From: Chiloscyllium plagiosum | Lineage: Eukaryota | Direction: 5' to 3' | Length of the DNA: 64,000 nucleotides | NCBI RefSeq assembly: GCF_004010195.1 | Contig: NC_057718.1 | Coordinates: forward strand, 23,138,773-23,202,772 | Part shown: in pieces, positions 24,215 to 37,599 of the stretch | Position numbering within the stretch: position 1 is the stretch's first letter | Layout: each line of letters starts with the position of its first letter | Made by a program: the position numbers and the translations under genes | The notes under the pieces: model-generated | What the model was told of the DNA's origin: nothing | The model's database searches: none | What the model saw: only the letters and a program-made list of their open reading frames with translations

Positions 24215-24418
24215 ATCTCCCTTTTAGAAAATAATTGGAGGCTTAATTATTGTCTTTTTACAATTTTGTATGGCCCAGTGTGCCTTGATTTATGCAGGGA
24301 GTGAATTAATATATGAAAATGTATATTCTCTGAAAGATTCCAGTGGCCTTAGAAATAATTATACAAGCAATAGCCAAAATAATGGCATGATTTCACTTCA
24401 AGGTCATCAACATAAAAT
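24215..24418 (-). repeat. Right arm of the inverted duplication
   Basis: Reverse complement ATGTTGATGACCTTGAAGTGAAATCATGCCATTATTTTGG..CCACTGGAAT..TTTTCATATATTAATTCA..CCTGCATAAATCAAG matches the left arm. Confidence 0.85.
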
Positions 24419-26089
24419 TACTCCAAAATGCGATATTTAAAGATTATTCTGAAAACCCTGTTATGAGAAGCTTGAATTCAGATTTTGTGCAGTTTTGTTT
24501 TAATAGAAAACAGATTTGTGTAGAGTTGGTTGACTGATCTCACTTTCATTAGACCTGCAGATCACACTAATAATATAATTAACTGGTTAGATCATGCTGT
24601 GGAGAATATTGCAAAGATTCTTGACCATTATTACTTTTCACTGCAGCTAAGAATTTTGCTTCCCTGATAATCATTCATCTTATAATCATAGGTTACGGCT
24701 TGGATATCAGAAAGGAATTGCTGTGCCTCCAATGAATTGCTATAATTTATTGCATCAGGGAACCCATCTTCCACATGACCTATTACTGCGCTAATGGTTT
24801 ATCCATTTTACCTCGGGCTTATGTAACCAAGCCATACATCTTGGCTTCCCACAAGCAATCAGCTTCATAAATGGAAAAAAATGATCACTAAAGACATGTT
24901 TTATCTTCAGGCAGACCTCAGCAGCATCGACAACTGTGTCTGTGGAAAAAATTATTTTCTAACAATTGAGCACAAATTGATTGAGTATCTTTCATAATAG
25001 CAAGATATCTACATCAAGCTGGTCAAAGTGTACATTCAGAATTGGCAAAACATTGAAATGAAAACAGAGCAAAATCAAACATTGTCAAAGATGATTATGT
25101 TACATTACAGTAAATGGCCTGAATTTTTTTTCAATGAAGAAACCTTACATGACCTCGTTATCAGAGTCTGTGATCTTACCTTCTTAGTCTAGCTTTCTTA
25201 CTTGCACTTGCATTCATGTTATGAACGCTGATCTCTTGTAACTTCTGTGGCATTGGGACTTTCTTTAGAAGCTGCTATGAATTCTCAAGTATTGGATTGA
25301 AAACTCTCGCCTAATCTATGTTCATCAGTTTGTCAAACAGCACATCTCCTTTTGACAATTAATTCTAAATATGTTCATATTTGTCAAACGTTCATATTGT
25401 TTTGAAAACAGGCAACCTTCAAACATGTCTGAGACAACAGGAAAAACTTGTTGTTTACTTTTGAATGACTCAACGCTCGAGCAACCTCTCTGTGTTTTCT
25501 TTCTTTCTCCTAACTACAGACTGTGCTTTGTCTGAAGTGCTCTTCTTTGATCATTTGAAGCTCCTTGTTTTCTCTTCCTTTCCTTATCCAATGATGTTGG
25601 AATCTGTTCAAAAATGATCCTAATCATCCTTAGGACCTTACACTTACTGAAAACGACTGATGGTCAGAAGTCCAGACTCTTCTTGCAGTTCTTTCAAGTA
25701 AATAGTGGGGTGGAGTGATTTCAGGAGGATTTCTCAGATAAATATTCATCTGATCTGGAGGGTCCTTGTGCTGAATGGGAATTAAAGTCAAGGTCTTGAT
25801 TATGAAATAAGAACATTTTGAATAGAAATGTTACAAGGATTCTGTGCTGGTAAGTAACTTGTTCATTTAAACTGCTGGAAACTTCTGAGTGAAAATTTGA
25901 CCCACAATTTGTTAGTGCGGTAAATCCTTTTGTATTACAACAATGTTTGATCATTGGCACATGTTAGTTGCAAGTAGTACACGTGTAAACATGACAAATT
26001 GCACATCAGGCACTGGGCAATATGGGAAAGTACCCACATTTTTCCTGTCCACAGAAAACAGGACAAAAGCAACAAGACCTATTGTCAGA

Positions 26090-27310
26090 ACACCTTAAGA
26101 CCACAAGATATAGGAGGAGAATTAGATCATTCAGTCAATCAACTCTGCTCCACCATTCAATCATGGATACTATGTTCCTCAAACCCATTCTCTAGCCTAC
26201 TCCCCTGTAATCCTTGAACCTTTACCATGCACCTCCTCAGCCATAACATTGTATTCCTCCCTCTGTTCTATGACCCCAATGCACTTTGTTTGGTATGATC
26301 TGCCTGTACTGCATGTGAGACAAAACTTTTCACTGTACCTAAGTCCATGTGACAATAATAAATCAAATGGAATCAAATCATCAAGAACCTATTTATTTCT
26401 GTCTTAAATGCAATCAATGACCTGGCCTCCCCAGCCTTCTGTGGCAATGAGTTACATAGATTTACCATTGTCTAGCTAAGGAAATTCCTCCTCATCTCAG
26501 TTCGAAAGTGATGTCGCTTCATTCTGAGGCTGTGCCCTCCCCTAATAGTGGAAAAACCTTCTCCACATCCACTCTATCCAGGCCCCTCAATATTCTATAA
26601 TTTCAATCAGATCCCCCCTTGTCCTTCTAACCTTCATCAAGTACAGATTGCTCTTGTAAACCTCTCTTCACTCCTACTGTACCAACACATCCTTCTTTAG
26701 AAATGGGGCTCAAAAACGCTCACAATTTATTATTCCAATTATAGTCTAACCAGAGCCTTATACAGCCTCAGCAGTATATCTCTGCTCTTGCATTCTAGTC
26801 CTTTTGAAGTGAATGCAATCAATGCGTTTATCTTTCTAACTGCCAACTGAACCTGCATGTTAATCCTAAGGGAATCCTGAACTAGAACTTCCAAGTCACA
26901 TTGTGCTTCAGATTTCTGAAGTCCTTCACCATTTAGAAAATAGTCCACACCCCTATTCTTCATACAAAAAAGAATGACCTCACACTTTTACTCCATCTGC
27001 CACCTCTTTGCCCACTCTCTGAGCTTGTACAATTCCTTCTACAGCTTCCCCTCTTCCTCAACACCAGCTATCTCGCCACCTTTCTTTGTGTCCGCTGCAA
27101 AATTAGCAACAATGCTCTCAGTTCCTTCGCCCAGATTGTTAACGTATGACGTGAATAGTTGTAATCCCAACACTTTCTTCATCCAGATCTTCAATATGTA
27201 CTGTAAATACTGCGACCTTAGCATTTATTCCCATGGCCTTTCATTAGTTACATTTGCCATCCTAAAAATATCCCCTTTGTCCAAACTCTGTGTCCTCTAT
27301 TTGTTAGCCA
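26090..27310 (-). mobile_element. Old CR1 LINE 3' portion
   Basis: VANFAADTK, YFLNGEGLQKSEAQCDLEVLV and ILLRLYKALVRL. 3' tail (TCTTA) at about 26090-26110. Confidence 0.85.
26224..26380 (+). mobile_element. Rex1/Babar-like LINE 3' tail nested in CR1
   Basis: CTTTTCACTGTACCTAAGTCCATGTGACAATAATAAATCAAAT..AATCAAATC. Confidence 0.6.
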
Positions 27311-27369
27311 ATGTTCTATTCATGATAATGAGCATCTCCAACAAAGCCAATCCAACCAAACCCATTTAA

Positions 27370-28240
27370 TATTCAATAACATAGCTATCACTGAATTCAT
27401 CGCTATCAAAATCCTGGGGATTACAATTAATCATGAACTCAACTGAAACAACCACACTAATACAGAGGCTATAAGAACTAGTCGGACACTGGGAATTCAA
27501 GGTGAATAATTCACCTGCTGACTTATCAAAGACATGATTAGAGTAGTACTGGAAAAGCACAGCAGGCCAGGCAGCATCCGAGGAGCAGGAAAATCGATAT
27601 TTCAGACAAAAGCCCTTCATCAGGAGTTCCTGATGATGATTCCTCATTCCTGATGAAGGGCTTTTGCCCAAAACGTCAATTTTCCTGCTCCTCGGATGCT
27701 ACCTGACCTGCTGTGCTTTTCCAGCACCACTCTAATCTTGATTCTGATCTCCAGCATCTGCAGTACCCACTTCTGTGTTACTGACTTATCAAAGTCTGTC
27801 CACCATTTACAAGGCACAAGTTAGGAGCATGTTGGAATATTTTTTATTTACCTGGATGGTTTCAGCTGTAACAACTTTCAAGAAGTTCAACATCACCCAG
27901 GATAAAGCAGTGTGATTGATTGACACTCCACCACCACTGTAAACATTCAGTCCCGCTACTATCAGCACACAGTAGCACTAGTAATCTACAAGATGCATTG
28001 TGGCAAGTCACCAAGGCTCCTTAGAGAGCACCTTCCAACCTATGTCCTGTGCCACTTTAAAGGGAGCAGATACACAGAAACATGACAACCTTCAATTTCC
28101 CCTCCAAGCCGCACACTGTCCTGACTCAGAAATACAGTCACTGTTCATTCAATGTTGCCCGATCAAATCCCAGAACCCCTTCCCTGCTCGCACTGTGGCT
28201 GTACATGCACCATAAGGACTGCTGTGGTTCAAGAAGATGG
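27370..28240 (+). mobile_element. Old CR1/L2-group LINE (second family), interrupted by a fold-back pLTR
   Basis: CAAAGTCTGTCCACCATTTACAAGGCACAAGTTAGGAGC (QSLSTIYKAQVRS). Homologous to 18195-19290. Confidence 0.72.
27532..27780. mobile_element. Fold-back PLE pLTR (family A) with 14-bp TSD
   Basis: Inverted arms meet at TCATCAGGAGTTCCTGATGATGATTCCTCATTCCTGATGAAGGG. TSD CTGACTTATCAAAG at 27518-27531 and 27781-27794. Confidence 0.88.
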
Positions 28241-28819
28241 TTTATTGCACCAGGTTTTGGGCACACCGGTGACACCTCCATCCAGTGAAAGAAGAAAAAC
28301 AACAAACAAAATAAAAGAGAATTTTGATTTATTTGATTCTGCTTTTTGGCAGCTGCATTTATTGTTTTGTATTCTTGTAAAGCACAGATCTAATATAAAA
28401 TGGCAGGTACTGATCGCATAAATGCTCTGCATGTAGTACCAGCTTTTATAATTTGGCTTATTGTTCCAGCTGACTGACAGAGAGAAGATGACATATTGAT
28501 GCATTATGCCATGGAAACACAGCTAGTGCCACATGACAGTTTGTTTGTTGTGTCAAAGTTGATTTATGTCATAAAAGGACTATTTCCCAAAATATCTGAA
28601 TGTGAAGGGCATTCACACTGCGCTTGACCAATGCAATAACTGACCGATGCAATTGTTCAAAGCTGGTACTGGACCCCAAATTGCCAAAGGTTTGAATAGT
28701 CAATTCCTTCATGTCCCTAGCTAGTCAATCCTATGACCCTCATTTAATTTGATGATACCAACCTTCTTTCACCTTGCTCCATTGACCTTCTTCGATATCC
28801 TTTAATCTCACTGGAACCC

Positions 28820-31800
28820 GGAGATCCTTGAGGTAGTAATATCTGGATTACTCCTGGTGCTGCCGGCTAGTGAGGGTAGGGATAGGAGGATAGAGCAGAT
28901 GAATGCGTGACTGAAGAGCTGGTGTATGGGAGAAGGATTCACATTTTTGGATCATTCGAATCTCTTCTGGGGCAGAAGTAATCTGTACAAGATGGACGAA
29001 TTGCACCTAAATTGGAAGGGGACTAATATACTGGCAGGGAGATTTGTTAGAGCTGCTCGGAAGGATTTAAACTAGTAAGGTGGGGTGGGGTCACCCAAGG
29101 AGACAGTGAGGAAAGAGATCAATCTGAGACTGGTACAGTTGAGAAAAGAAGTGATTCAAACAGTCAGGGCAGGCAAGGACAGAGCAGAGAACAAGGTAGG
29201 ACTGATAAATTAGACTGCATTTATTTCAATGCAAGAGGCCTAACAGGGAAGGCAGATTATCTCAGTGCATAGTTAGGAACATGGGACTGAGATATCATAC
29301 CAACCTACAGAAACATGGCTCAGGGATGGACAGGACTGGCAGCTTAATGTTCCAGGATACAAATGCTATAGGAAGGACAGAAAGGGAGGCAAGAAGGAGG
29401 GGGAGTGGCTTTATTGATAAGGGATAGCATTACAGCTGTACTAAGGGAGGATATTCCTGGAAATACATCCAGGGAAGTTATTTGGGTGAAACTGAGAGAT
29501 AAGAAAGGGATGATCACCTTATTGGGATTGTATTATAGACCCCCTAATAGTCAGTGGGAAATTGAGAAACAAATTTGTAAGGAGATCTCAGTTTTCTGTA
29601 AGAATAATAGGGTGGTTAACTTTCCAGACATAGACTGGGACTGCCATAGTGTTAAGGGTTTAGATGGAGAGAAATTTGTTAAGTGTATACAAAAACATTT
29701 TCTGATTCAGTATGTAGATGTACCTCCTAGAGAAGGTGCAAAACTTGACCAACTCTTAGGAAATAAGGCAGGGCAGGTGATTGAGGTGTCAGTGGGGGAG
29801 CACTTTGGGGCCAGTGACCATAATTCCATTAGTTTTAAAATTGTGATGGAAAAGGACAGACCAGATATAAAGGTCGAAGTTCTAAATTGGAGAAAGGCTA
29901 ATTTTGACGGTAATAGGCATGAACTTTCAAAAGCTGATTGAGGGCAGATGTTCGCAGGTAAAGAGACGACTGGAAAATGGGAAGCCTTCAGAAACGAGAT
30001 AACCAGAGTGCAGAGATAGTATATTCCTGTTGGGGTGAAAGGAGAGGCTGGTAGGTACAGAGAATGCTGGATGACGAAAGAAATTGAGGGTTAAGAAAAA
30101 AAGGAAGTGAGAAATTAAGAAAAAAAAGAAGCATATTTCAAGTATAGGCAGGATAGATCGAGTGAATCCTTCGAAAAGTAAAAAGGCAGTAGGAGTATAC
30201 TTAAGAGGTAAATCCGAAGAGAGAAAAGGGGACATAGATAGCTTTGGCAAATAGAGTTCAGGAGAATCCAAAGGGCTTTTACAAATACATGAAGGAAAAA
30301 GAGTAATTAGGGAGAGAATCGGGCCCCTCAAAGATCAGCAAGGCGGCCTTTGTGTGGAGCAGTAGGAGATGAGGGTGATATGAAACGAATATTATGCATC
30401 AGTGCTTACTGTGGAAAAGGACATGGAAAGTATAGAATGTAGGGAAATAGATGGTGACATCTTGAAAAATGTCCATATTACAGAGGAGGAAGTGCTGGAT
30501 GTCTTGAAGTGCATAAAAGTGGATAAAGCCCAGGATCTGATCAGGTGTATCCTAGAACTCTGTGGGAAGCTAGGGAAATGATTGCTGGGCCCCTTGCTGA
30601 GATATTTGATTTATCGATAGTCACAGGTGAGGTGTCGGAAGACTGGAGGTTGGCTAATATGGTGCCACTATTAAAGAAAGGTGGTAAGAACAAGCCAGGG
30701 TACTATAGACTGGTGAGCCTGACGTCGGTGGTGGGCAAGTTGTTGGAGGGAATCCTGAGGGACAGGATTTGCATATATTTGGAATGTACATGTATTTGGA
30801 AAGGCAAGGACTGATTGGGGATAGTCAACATGGCTTTGTGCATGGGAAATCATGTCACACAAACTTGATTGCATTTTTTGAAGAAGTAACAAAAAGGATT
30901 GATGAGGGCAGAGCAGTAGACGTGATGTATATGGACTTCAATAAGGCGTTTGACAAGGTTCCCCATGGGAGACTGGTTAACCAGGTTAGATTTCATGGAA
31001 TATAGGCAGAACTAGCCATTTGGATACAGAACTGGAAGTTTTTCAGACTGGAAGCCTCTGACCACTGGAGTACCACAAGGATCAGTGCTGGGTCCACTAC
31101 TTTTTATCATTTATATAAATGATTTGGTTGTGAGCATAAGAGGTATAGTGAGTAAGTTTGCAGATGACACCCAAATTGGAGGTGTAGTGGACAGTGAAGA
31201 AAGTTACCTCAGATTACAACAGGATCTTGATCAGATGGGCCAGTGGGCTGGGAGGTGGCAGAGGTGCGAGGTGCTGCATTTTGGGAAAACAAATCTTAGC
31301 AGGACTTATATACTTAATGGTAAGGTCCTACAGTGTTGATGAACAAAGAGACCTTGGAGTGCAGGTTTCTCACTCTTGAAAGTAGAGTTGCAGGTGGATA
31401 AGATAGTAAAGAAGACATTTGGTATGCTTGCCTTTATTGGTCAGAGTATTGAGTACAGAAGTTGGGAGGTGATGTTGCAGCTGTACAGGGCATTGGTTAG
31501 GTCACTTTTGGAATATTGCGTGCAATTCTGGTCTCCTTCCTATTGGAAGGATATTATGAAACTTGAATGGGTTCAGAAAAGATTTACAAAGATGTTGCCA
31601 GGGTTAGAGGATTTGAGCTATAGGGAGAGGTTGAATAGGCTAGAGCTGTTTTCCCTGGAGCGTTGGAGACTGAGGGCTGACATTATAGAGGTTTATAAAA
31701 TCATGAGGTGCATTGATAGGGTAAATCAACAAGGTCTTTTCCCTGAGTCCAGAACTAGGTTTAGGGTGAATGGAGAAAGATGTAAAAGAGACCTAAGGGA

Positions 31801-32040
31801 CAAATTTTTCTCACAAAGGGTGGTACATGTATGGAATGTGCTGCCAGAGGAAGTGGTGGAGGCTGATATAATTACAGCATTTAAAAGGCATCTGGATGGC
31901 TATATTAGTAGGAAGGGTTTGGAGGTATATGGGCTGGGTGCTGGAGGTGGGACTAGATTGGATTGGATTTCTGGTCAGCATGGATGAGTTGGACCAAAGG
32001 GTCTGTTTCCGTGCTGTAAATCTCTATGACTCTATGACTC
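28820..32040 (+). mobile_element. Long HER1/CR1 LINE (5'-truncated in ORF1): SGNH esterase ORF1 end plus APE-RT ORF2, inactivated
   Basis: ORF1 VVISGLL..WCMGEGFTFLDH..YKMDELHLNWKGTNILAGRF ends at TAG 29073-29075. APE YFNARG, LYYRPP and SDHN; RT QHGF, DFNKAFDKVPH, LGPLLF and KFADDT. (ACTCTATG)n tail. Multiple stops and frameshifts. Confidence 0.96.
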
Positions 32041-32769
32041 AAACATTACTTCCAATCCAAAACTTATTCCAAATGCATGATAGCTCCTTTTGTAGCAGCA
32101 GCATCTTTTAATTGACTGTAAGACATGTATTCAAATGTGTCCTGACTACTCCCATATTTGAAAGGATCTTCATTTGTACACTTTAATTGGGTACGGATTG
32201 TCATCCAACAGGAATTTCTTGTTTTCAATTGTCAAATCCATCTTTTCTCTGTGCTGCAACATTTATTGCCACTCTCTTCCCATATTTTGGATATTTCTGT
32301 GATCAGTCTCCCTCAGAATTCCCTTCGGCTCCCAATAAACTCCAAGTTAATTCATTTCACTGAATTTAATAAATTGCTCAGTTTGAATTATTTATTCATC
32401 CAAACTGAAACCGAGCATTAAAATCTCACTTATTTTGCATGACTGGATTGTTCATTTTTGTTTTCTGGCAACAGTGCAACGTAACGGGTTTAGTTTTCTG
32501 ATAAATCAGGATTAACCAGATGTTGATCGAATGGGTAACAGAATGGAGTTAAACTTCCAGCCTCCACAAATGTCAATTTACTGCAATAAGCTTGACTGTG
32601 CAAGAAAATTCATGTTAAAGAAAGCCTGCCTTTTTGGCGAGGTTTAAATTTACCATCTTAAGTTTGCTTTCCTGCCAGTAAATACTGTGTGGCTTCTGAA
32701 AATGCCTGTCACAATCTCAGCCCTGGCTCCAGAGTAATCTTGCAGGATGGATACACTTCCTTTGAGAGA

Positions 32770-33000
32770 TGTTTTTAATCAATCTACTCAGACATGCAAT
32801 GACACCACCTCTGGAGAAAATAGGAACTCTACCATTGCACTACAAGAGCCCCCAAAAAACCCATTTATGCATGTTTTTCTGTCTGTCAGCCAATCAATCT
32901 TATAGATACTTCAAATCACTCTGTTCAGACCTGTTTGACACACTCTTGGAGTAAGTTGGACTTGAACTCAGACCTCTAGAGGTAGAACTATAACTATTGC
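32770..33000 (-). mobile_element. Two adjacent short tRNA-like SINEs (family C)
   Basis: TAATCAATCTACTCAGAC..CTACCATTGCACTACAAGAGCCCC and AATCACTCTGTTCAGAC..GGACTTGAACTCAGACC. Confidence 0.5.
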
Positions 33001-33011
33001 TTCATTTCTTT

Positions 33012-33300
33012 TTTTTAGATTACTTACAGTGTGGAAACAGGCCCTTCAGCCCAACAAGTCCACACCGACCCTCCGAAGAGCAACCCACCCAGACCCATTC
33101 CCCTACACCTAACACTACAGGCAATTTAGCTTGGCCAATTCACCTAACCTGCACGTTTTTGGACTGTGGGAGGAAACCGGAGCAAACCCACGCAGACACG
33201 GGGAGGATGTGCAAACTTCACACAGACAGTTGCCTGAGGTGGGAATTGAACCCAGGTCTCTGGTGCTGTGAGGCAGCAGTGCTAACCACTGTGCCGCCCA
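33012..33300 (-). mobile_element. Young HE1 V-SINE
   Basis: TAGATTACTTACAGTGTGGAAACAGGCCC..GGCAGCAGTGCTAACCACTGTGCCGCCCA. Confidence 0.9.
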
Positions 33301-33652
33301 CTTCCTTTGATATAGTCAGGTAATAAGCTTTATAGATATAATGAAACCATGCAAGCCAATGTTCAGTCTGTACATAGATGAAAAATGCAAGCAAATGTCT
33401 CCTGTTAACCTTATTGTGAAATGTTTCTTAGATGGCCATTTTCCATGGGTGCATGAGGGGATGGGTAAATAGCGCTGTTCCTCTTAATGAGGTACAAATT
33501 GAAGGGTTATCGTTAATACATCACAGTTCAGAACACTTCAGATATCAAGCAGTCAGTTCATAATTGGTGTATGTATGACAAGTATTCATGAGAAAAGTAG
33601 TGAGGGCCAATTCAAGCATAGGTAAAATTTAATTAGGCTGCACACAGAATTT

Positions 33653-33959
33653 GGAAAAACACAGCAGGTCAGGCAGCATCTGAGGAGCAGGCGAATCGAC
33701 ATTTTGGGCATAAGCCCTTCATCAGGAATGAGGCTTGTGAGCTGGGGGCTGACAGATAAATGGGAGGGGGATGGTGCTGGGGGGAAGGTAGCTGAGAGTA
33801 TGATAGGTAGATGAAGGTCCACAAATATCATTCCTGATGAAGGGCTTATGCCCGAAACATCTATTCTCCTGCTCATCAGCTGCTGTCTGACCTGCTGTGC
33901 TTTTCCAGCTCCATACTCTCGACTCTGATTTCCAGCATTTGCAGTCTTCACTTTCTCCT
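33653..33959. mobile_element. Fold-back PLE pLTR (family A), one arm extending into the 3' UTR
   Basis: HHR motifs on both strands (CTGATGA at 33834-33840 on +). Degenerate TSD TGCA(C/A)A(C/T)AGAATTT at 33639-33652 and 33960-33973. Confidence 0.87.
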
Positions 33960-35629
33960 TGCAAATAGAATTTAATAAATAGCTGCAGATTTATTGCTTC
34001 AAAATATATACGTTGGGACATAAAATACAAAAAAAATCAAGAAATACACAAAGCTTACAAAAAGTACCCATGCCTTGCATTGTGGCGTTGATGGGGGGGT
34101 GGTGGTGGGGGTGGGGAGAAGCCTTCTATCTGAGTTTAGCATTTCTCATTGTTGTTTGCTCATACTTTTGTAAAAGCAAGCTTCAGCAGCTGGTCCAAAC
34201 ATCCATTGATATATTGAGTTCTGTGATTATGTTTTTTAATGCACTTTATCTTGCTGAAAGTTGCTTTGCATAAAGATGTGGACATAAATGAGACGGGATA
34301 TTATTGGTACAGGATAACTTTGTTTTGGCTAAATTCCCTACTTGAACATTTTTTTGGAATATATCTGACAATGCCTGGTCTTGCTGCAAGTCAATCGGTT
34401 CATGTTTCAGTAACTGATTTCATCACCAACCGTATTTAGTGAGGTATTTTCCCCTCCATGCATTTGGCAAGAGAGGTGGCACAAAGCTGAAATAATTGCA
34501 TGAGTTGGGTATGGAGAGAAACCAACTCCCTTCTTGTCACCTCAACAATTAAATATCAGGTGAGAAGTTCCATGGATGATTTTCTCCACTTGCCAGCAAT
34601 TAAAGCTTTTAATTTATTGTTAATTGATTAATTATTACTTAAAGCCTTCAATTACTCACGCCCCGGTGGATGAGAATGGTGGCAGTTTTCCTGACTGGGA
34701 AAATAGGATGATGTCTCTGCCAATGTTTGTTGCAGGTGGACCTCCATTTGATCCAATATGAGAGTAGTTGGAGGAATGGATGGTGGGCAAAGGGGTGCCC
34801 TTTGAAAGCCACGTTGCCTCTGACCCTCTCAGTTCCCTTTCCCCAACCATCAAAACCATTGTAAATGTGCTGTGACCATTGGTAACAGGCAAGAGCAGTC
34901 CTTCAGCAGGAGTTTTGTCATTTCAATGCGAAGCAATTGAGAATAAGGGACACGACTGCAACTGGAATTCAAAATTCACATATGGTGCATAATTTCAGCC
35001 ATTGCATTGCTTGTTTCTCAGAACCTGCCTAGCCTATTTAGTACCTAAGATACCTCGCAGGAAGTTGAATGCACAATTTCAGCCAAAATATACCACTTCC
35101 CACAATTGGGGGAACAAAAATTACTATCCAATAATCCCATCTGAAAGTATGTGGATTCACTTTAGACTGGTGAAAATCCAATTTTCAATCCCATTACATT
35201 GCAATAATTCTAAACTCTATTACTTAGATAAGTAAACTAGGCAAGTGAACCAGGTGGACACTACACATCAGTAAAAGCTCAGTCACTTGGAGAAGATTAG
35301 AAGCTTGTTATGTGCTTGTTATGTGCAGTGCTATGACAACAAGTTCACGTTTTACTGCATGGGGAATACTTCAAATATGTTTCACTCTGAATACTAGTCA
35401 GTGATCTCCAGCAACATAAAATATAGTATTTCCTAGTTCAATAAGAGGGGTTCGAATTTTTAAAGACAATGCTTGTTTTCATTGCTCTATGAAGACGTTA
35501 CTAGTCTCCCAAATATCAAGATTGAGGCCAATCTCATCTGTGCCATTGATTAATTTATCACTTCCCAAACACATATTTATGAATACACTGTTTTGATGAT
35601 GCTGTTTATTTTCCATTGAACTGCCTTGA

Positions 35630-35846
35630 GATCTGAAATGCAAGCAAAATGCTGCAGAAACTCAGCAGGTCACCGGCTGCCTCTGGGTGAGCACATCAGA
35701 GTTAATGTTATGAGTTCAATCTGAATATTCTTCAGAATCCAGTTCCCAGAATGGAGTTCTGAAGAAGAATTGCATTAGACTTCAAGTATTATCTCTGATT
35801 CTCTACAGATTCTTCCAAATGTTTCCCCAGCACTTACTGCTTTTAT
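35630..35846. mobile_element. Old fold-back PLE pLTR (family B)
   Basis: GAAACTCAGCAGGTC..TTCTTCAGAA / GTTCTGAAGAAG..CTCTACAGAT..CCAGCAC. Confidence 0.6.
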
Positions 35847-36045
35847 ACCTTGTGAGTTATCAGGGAGGTGTTTCCATTTGGATAGGGTGACCTGCTATGG
35901 AATCTTATCCAACAGTTCCAAATTTGCAATTGTATTTATACAGCACAGATGGAGGCCAATTGGCCCGTCATATCAATTCAGCTCTTCACTGGAACAGTCC
36001 TAAATTAATTTTTTTTTCTCAAATTCTATATTTGCCTCAAACAGT

Positions 36046-36380
36046 TAGAGTCACAAAATTCCTACACTGCAGATAGAGGAGATTTGGCCCATCAAGTCTG
36101 CACTGACCCTCTGAAGAGCATCCCACTCAGACCCATCCTCCTACGTTATCCCCATGATCCCACATTTGCCATGGCAGGTTCAACTAGCCTATATGTCTCT
36201 GGACACCACAGAGACATTTAACATGGCCAACCCACTTAACCTGCACATTTTGGAACAGTGGAAGGAAACCTGTGCGGACACAGGTAGAACATGCAGACGT
36301 CAAACAATCACCCAAGTCTGGAATCGAACCAAGGTCTCTGGTACTGTGAGACAGCAGGGTTGAACCACCATGCTGCCTCC
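36046..36380 (-). mobile_element. HE1-type V-SINE (diverged)
   Basis: CACTGACCCTCTGAAGAGCATCCCAC..AACCTGCACATTTTGG..GGAATCGAACC. Confidence 0.8.
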
Positions 36381-37599
36381 ACTTCTCTTTAAAAGCTAAA
36401 TTAGCCCTGCCTTAACTTTCACTGACCTTGCATTTCATGCACTTGGAGCCACCTTCTTTAGAAGATATCTCCTCGCTTTTTCTCTCACTATCTCAGTGGC
36501 CAAATTCACCAGAGATAAGATTACCATAATCAAACTTACAGTGTAATGTAATTCTAGACATGTGAAAATTTAATTTGATATCCTTGCCTTCACTACACCC
36601 AATCTTATCTAGTCTCATATCACTATTTGTGGTCTCTATTCCTCTGACTCCAGACAGCCAACTCTTTGATGCTCCCACAACACTGCCATTTGCCTCTGGT
36701 TGTTTAATCATTATGTTACTGGTCTTTGGACGTTCCCTGTATTTTATTTTGGGATCACCTTTGCTTCCTTCAACAACATCCTACAATTCTCACCCTGTCC
36801 AATTCATTCCTGCCTCCATCAAATTTATACCTTATTCCCATTAAGTGATCAACACTTAATTGTCATATGGATGGAACATGATTAAAACCTACTTTGTGTA
36901 GAGCAAGATTTTGCCACTTCAACAGATATCTCCAATCTACCATCCCATTGCAGTGTCTCTCAACAGAATGGATGGCCAGCTGTAAGATGTCGAACCGAAG
37001 AATATGGTACAAAAACTGAATAATATATAAAATGAAAATAATGTGGAGGAAGAAAACATATGAGTTATGGAACAAGGTGTCAAAACCCAAATTAATTTCC
37101 TAAAAAGCTAGCCAGGTTCTCAGAGTAAGTGACATATTTAATGATGACAGGAAGTTTTAAATTGAAAGAAATTAAGTCATTAACATTCAGAAAATGGGAT
37201 TGGAAAGTGATAATAGTCTTCAGCCATGATTTATGTTTGTAGGTCTTAGAATTATGGTCTAATTAGGGATATAACCATTTTCATGAAGTAATTCCAATAT
37301 CTGTTAATTGGGTGTAATTAGTTGTATATATTTTCTTGTGAATGTGAACGATTAGAGTGCTGCGGAGTTAATTAGATCCCCTCCCACATTACACTTTGAT
37401 GGCATTTATTGACTCTTTTCACTTGATAAAGAAAAGTAGAATGCTGCTCTGATGGGATTTTTAGAAATTTGAACTATTTGATAGAGTAGGTGTGAAGGGG
37501 ATGAAGTTATACATCTCTCCAGGGAATGGGCTGTGACCTTGGGGTGGAGAGGGAGTGAAGTTTTAGAGGGTTCTAATGGGTGGTCAGTGACACCATGTC

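Noticed and set aside
27532..27780. Fold-back elements as DNA-transposon MITEs or miRNA genes
   Set aside because: Asymmetric variable ends, 13-15 bp TSDs and identity to the PLE terminus at 20633 indicate a retrotransposition origin.
29405..31987. Active LINE ORF2 as a CDS
   Set aside because: It is broken by many stops, frameshifts and deletions.
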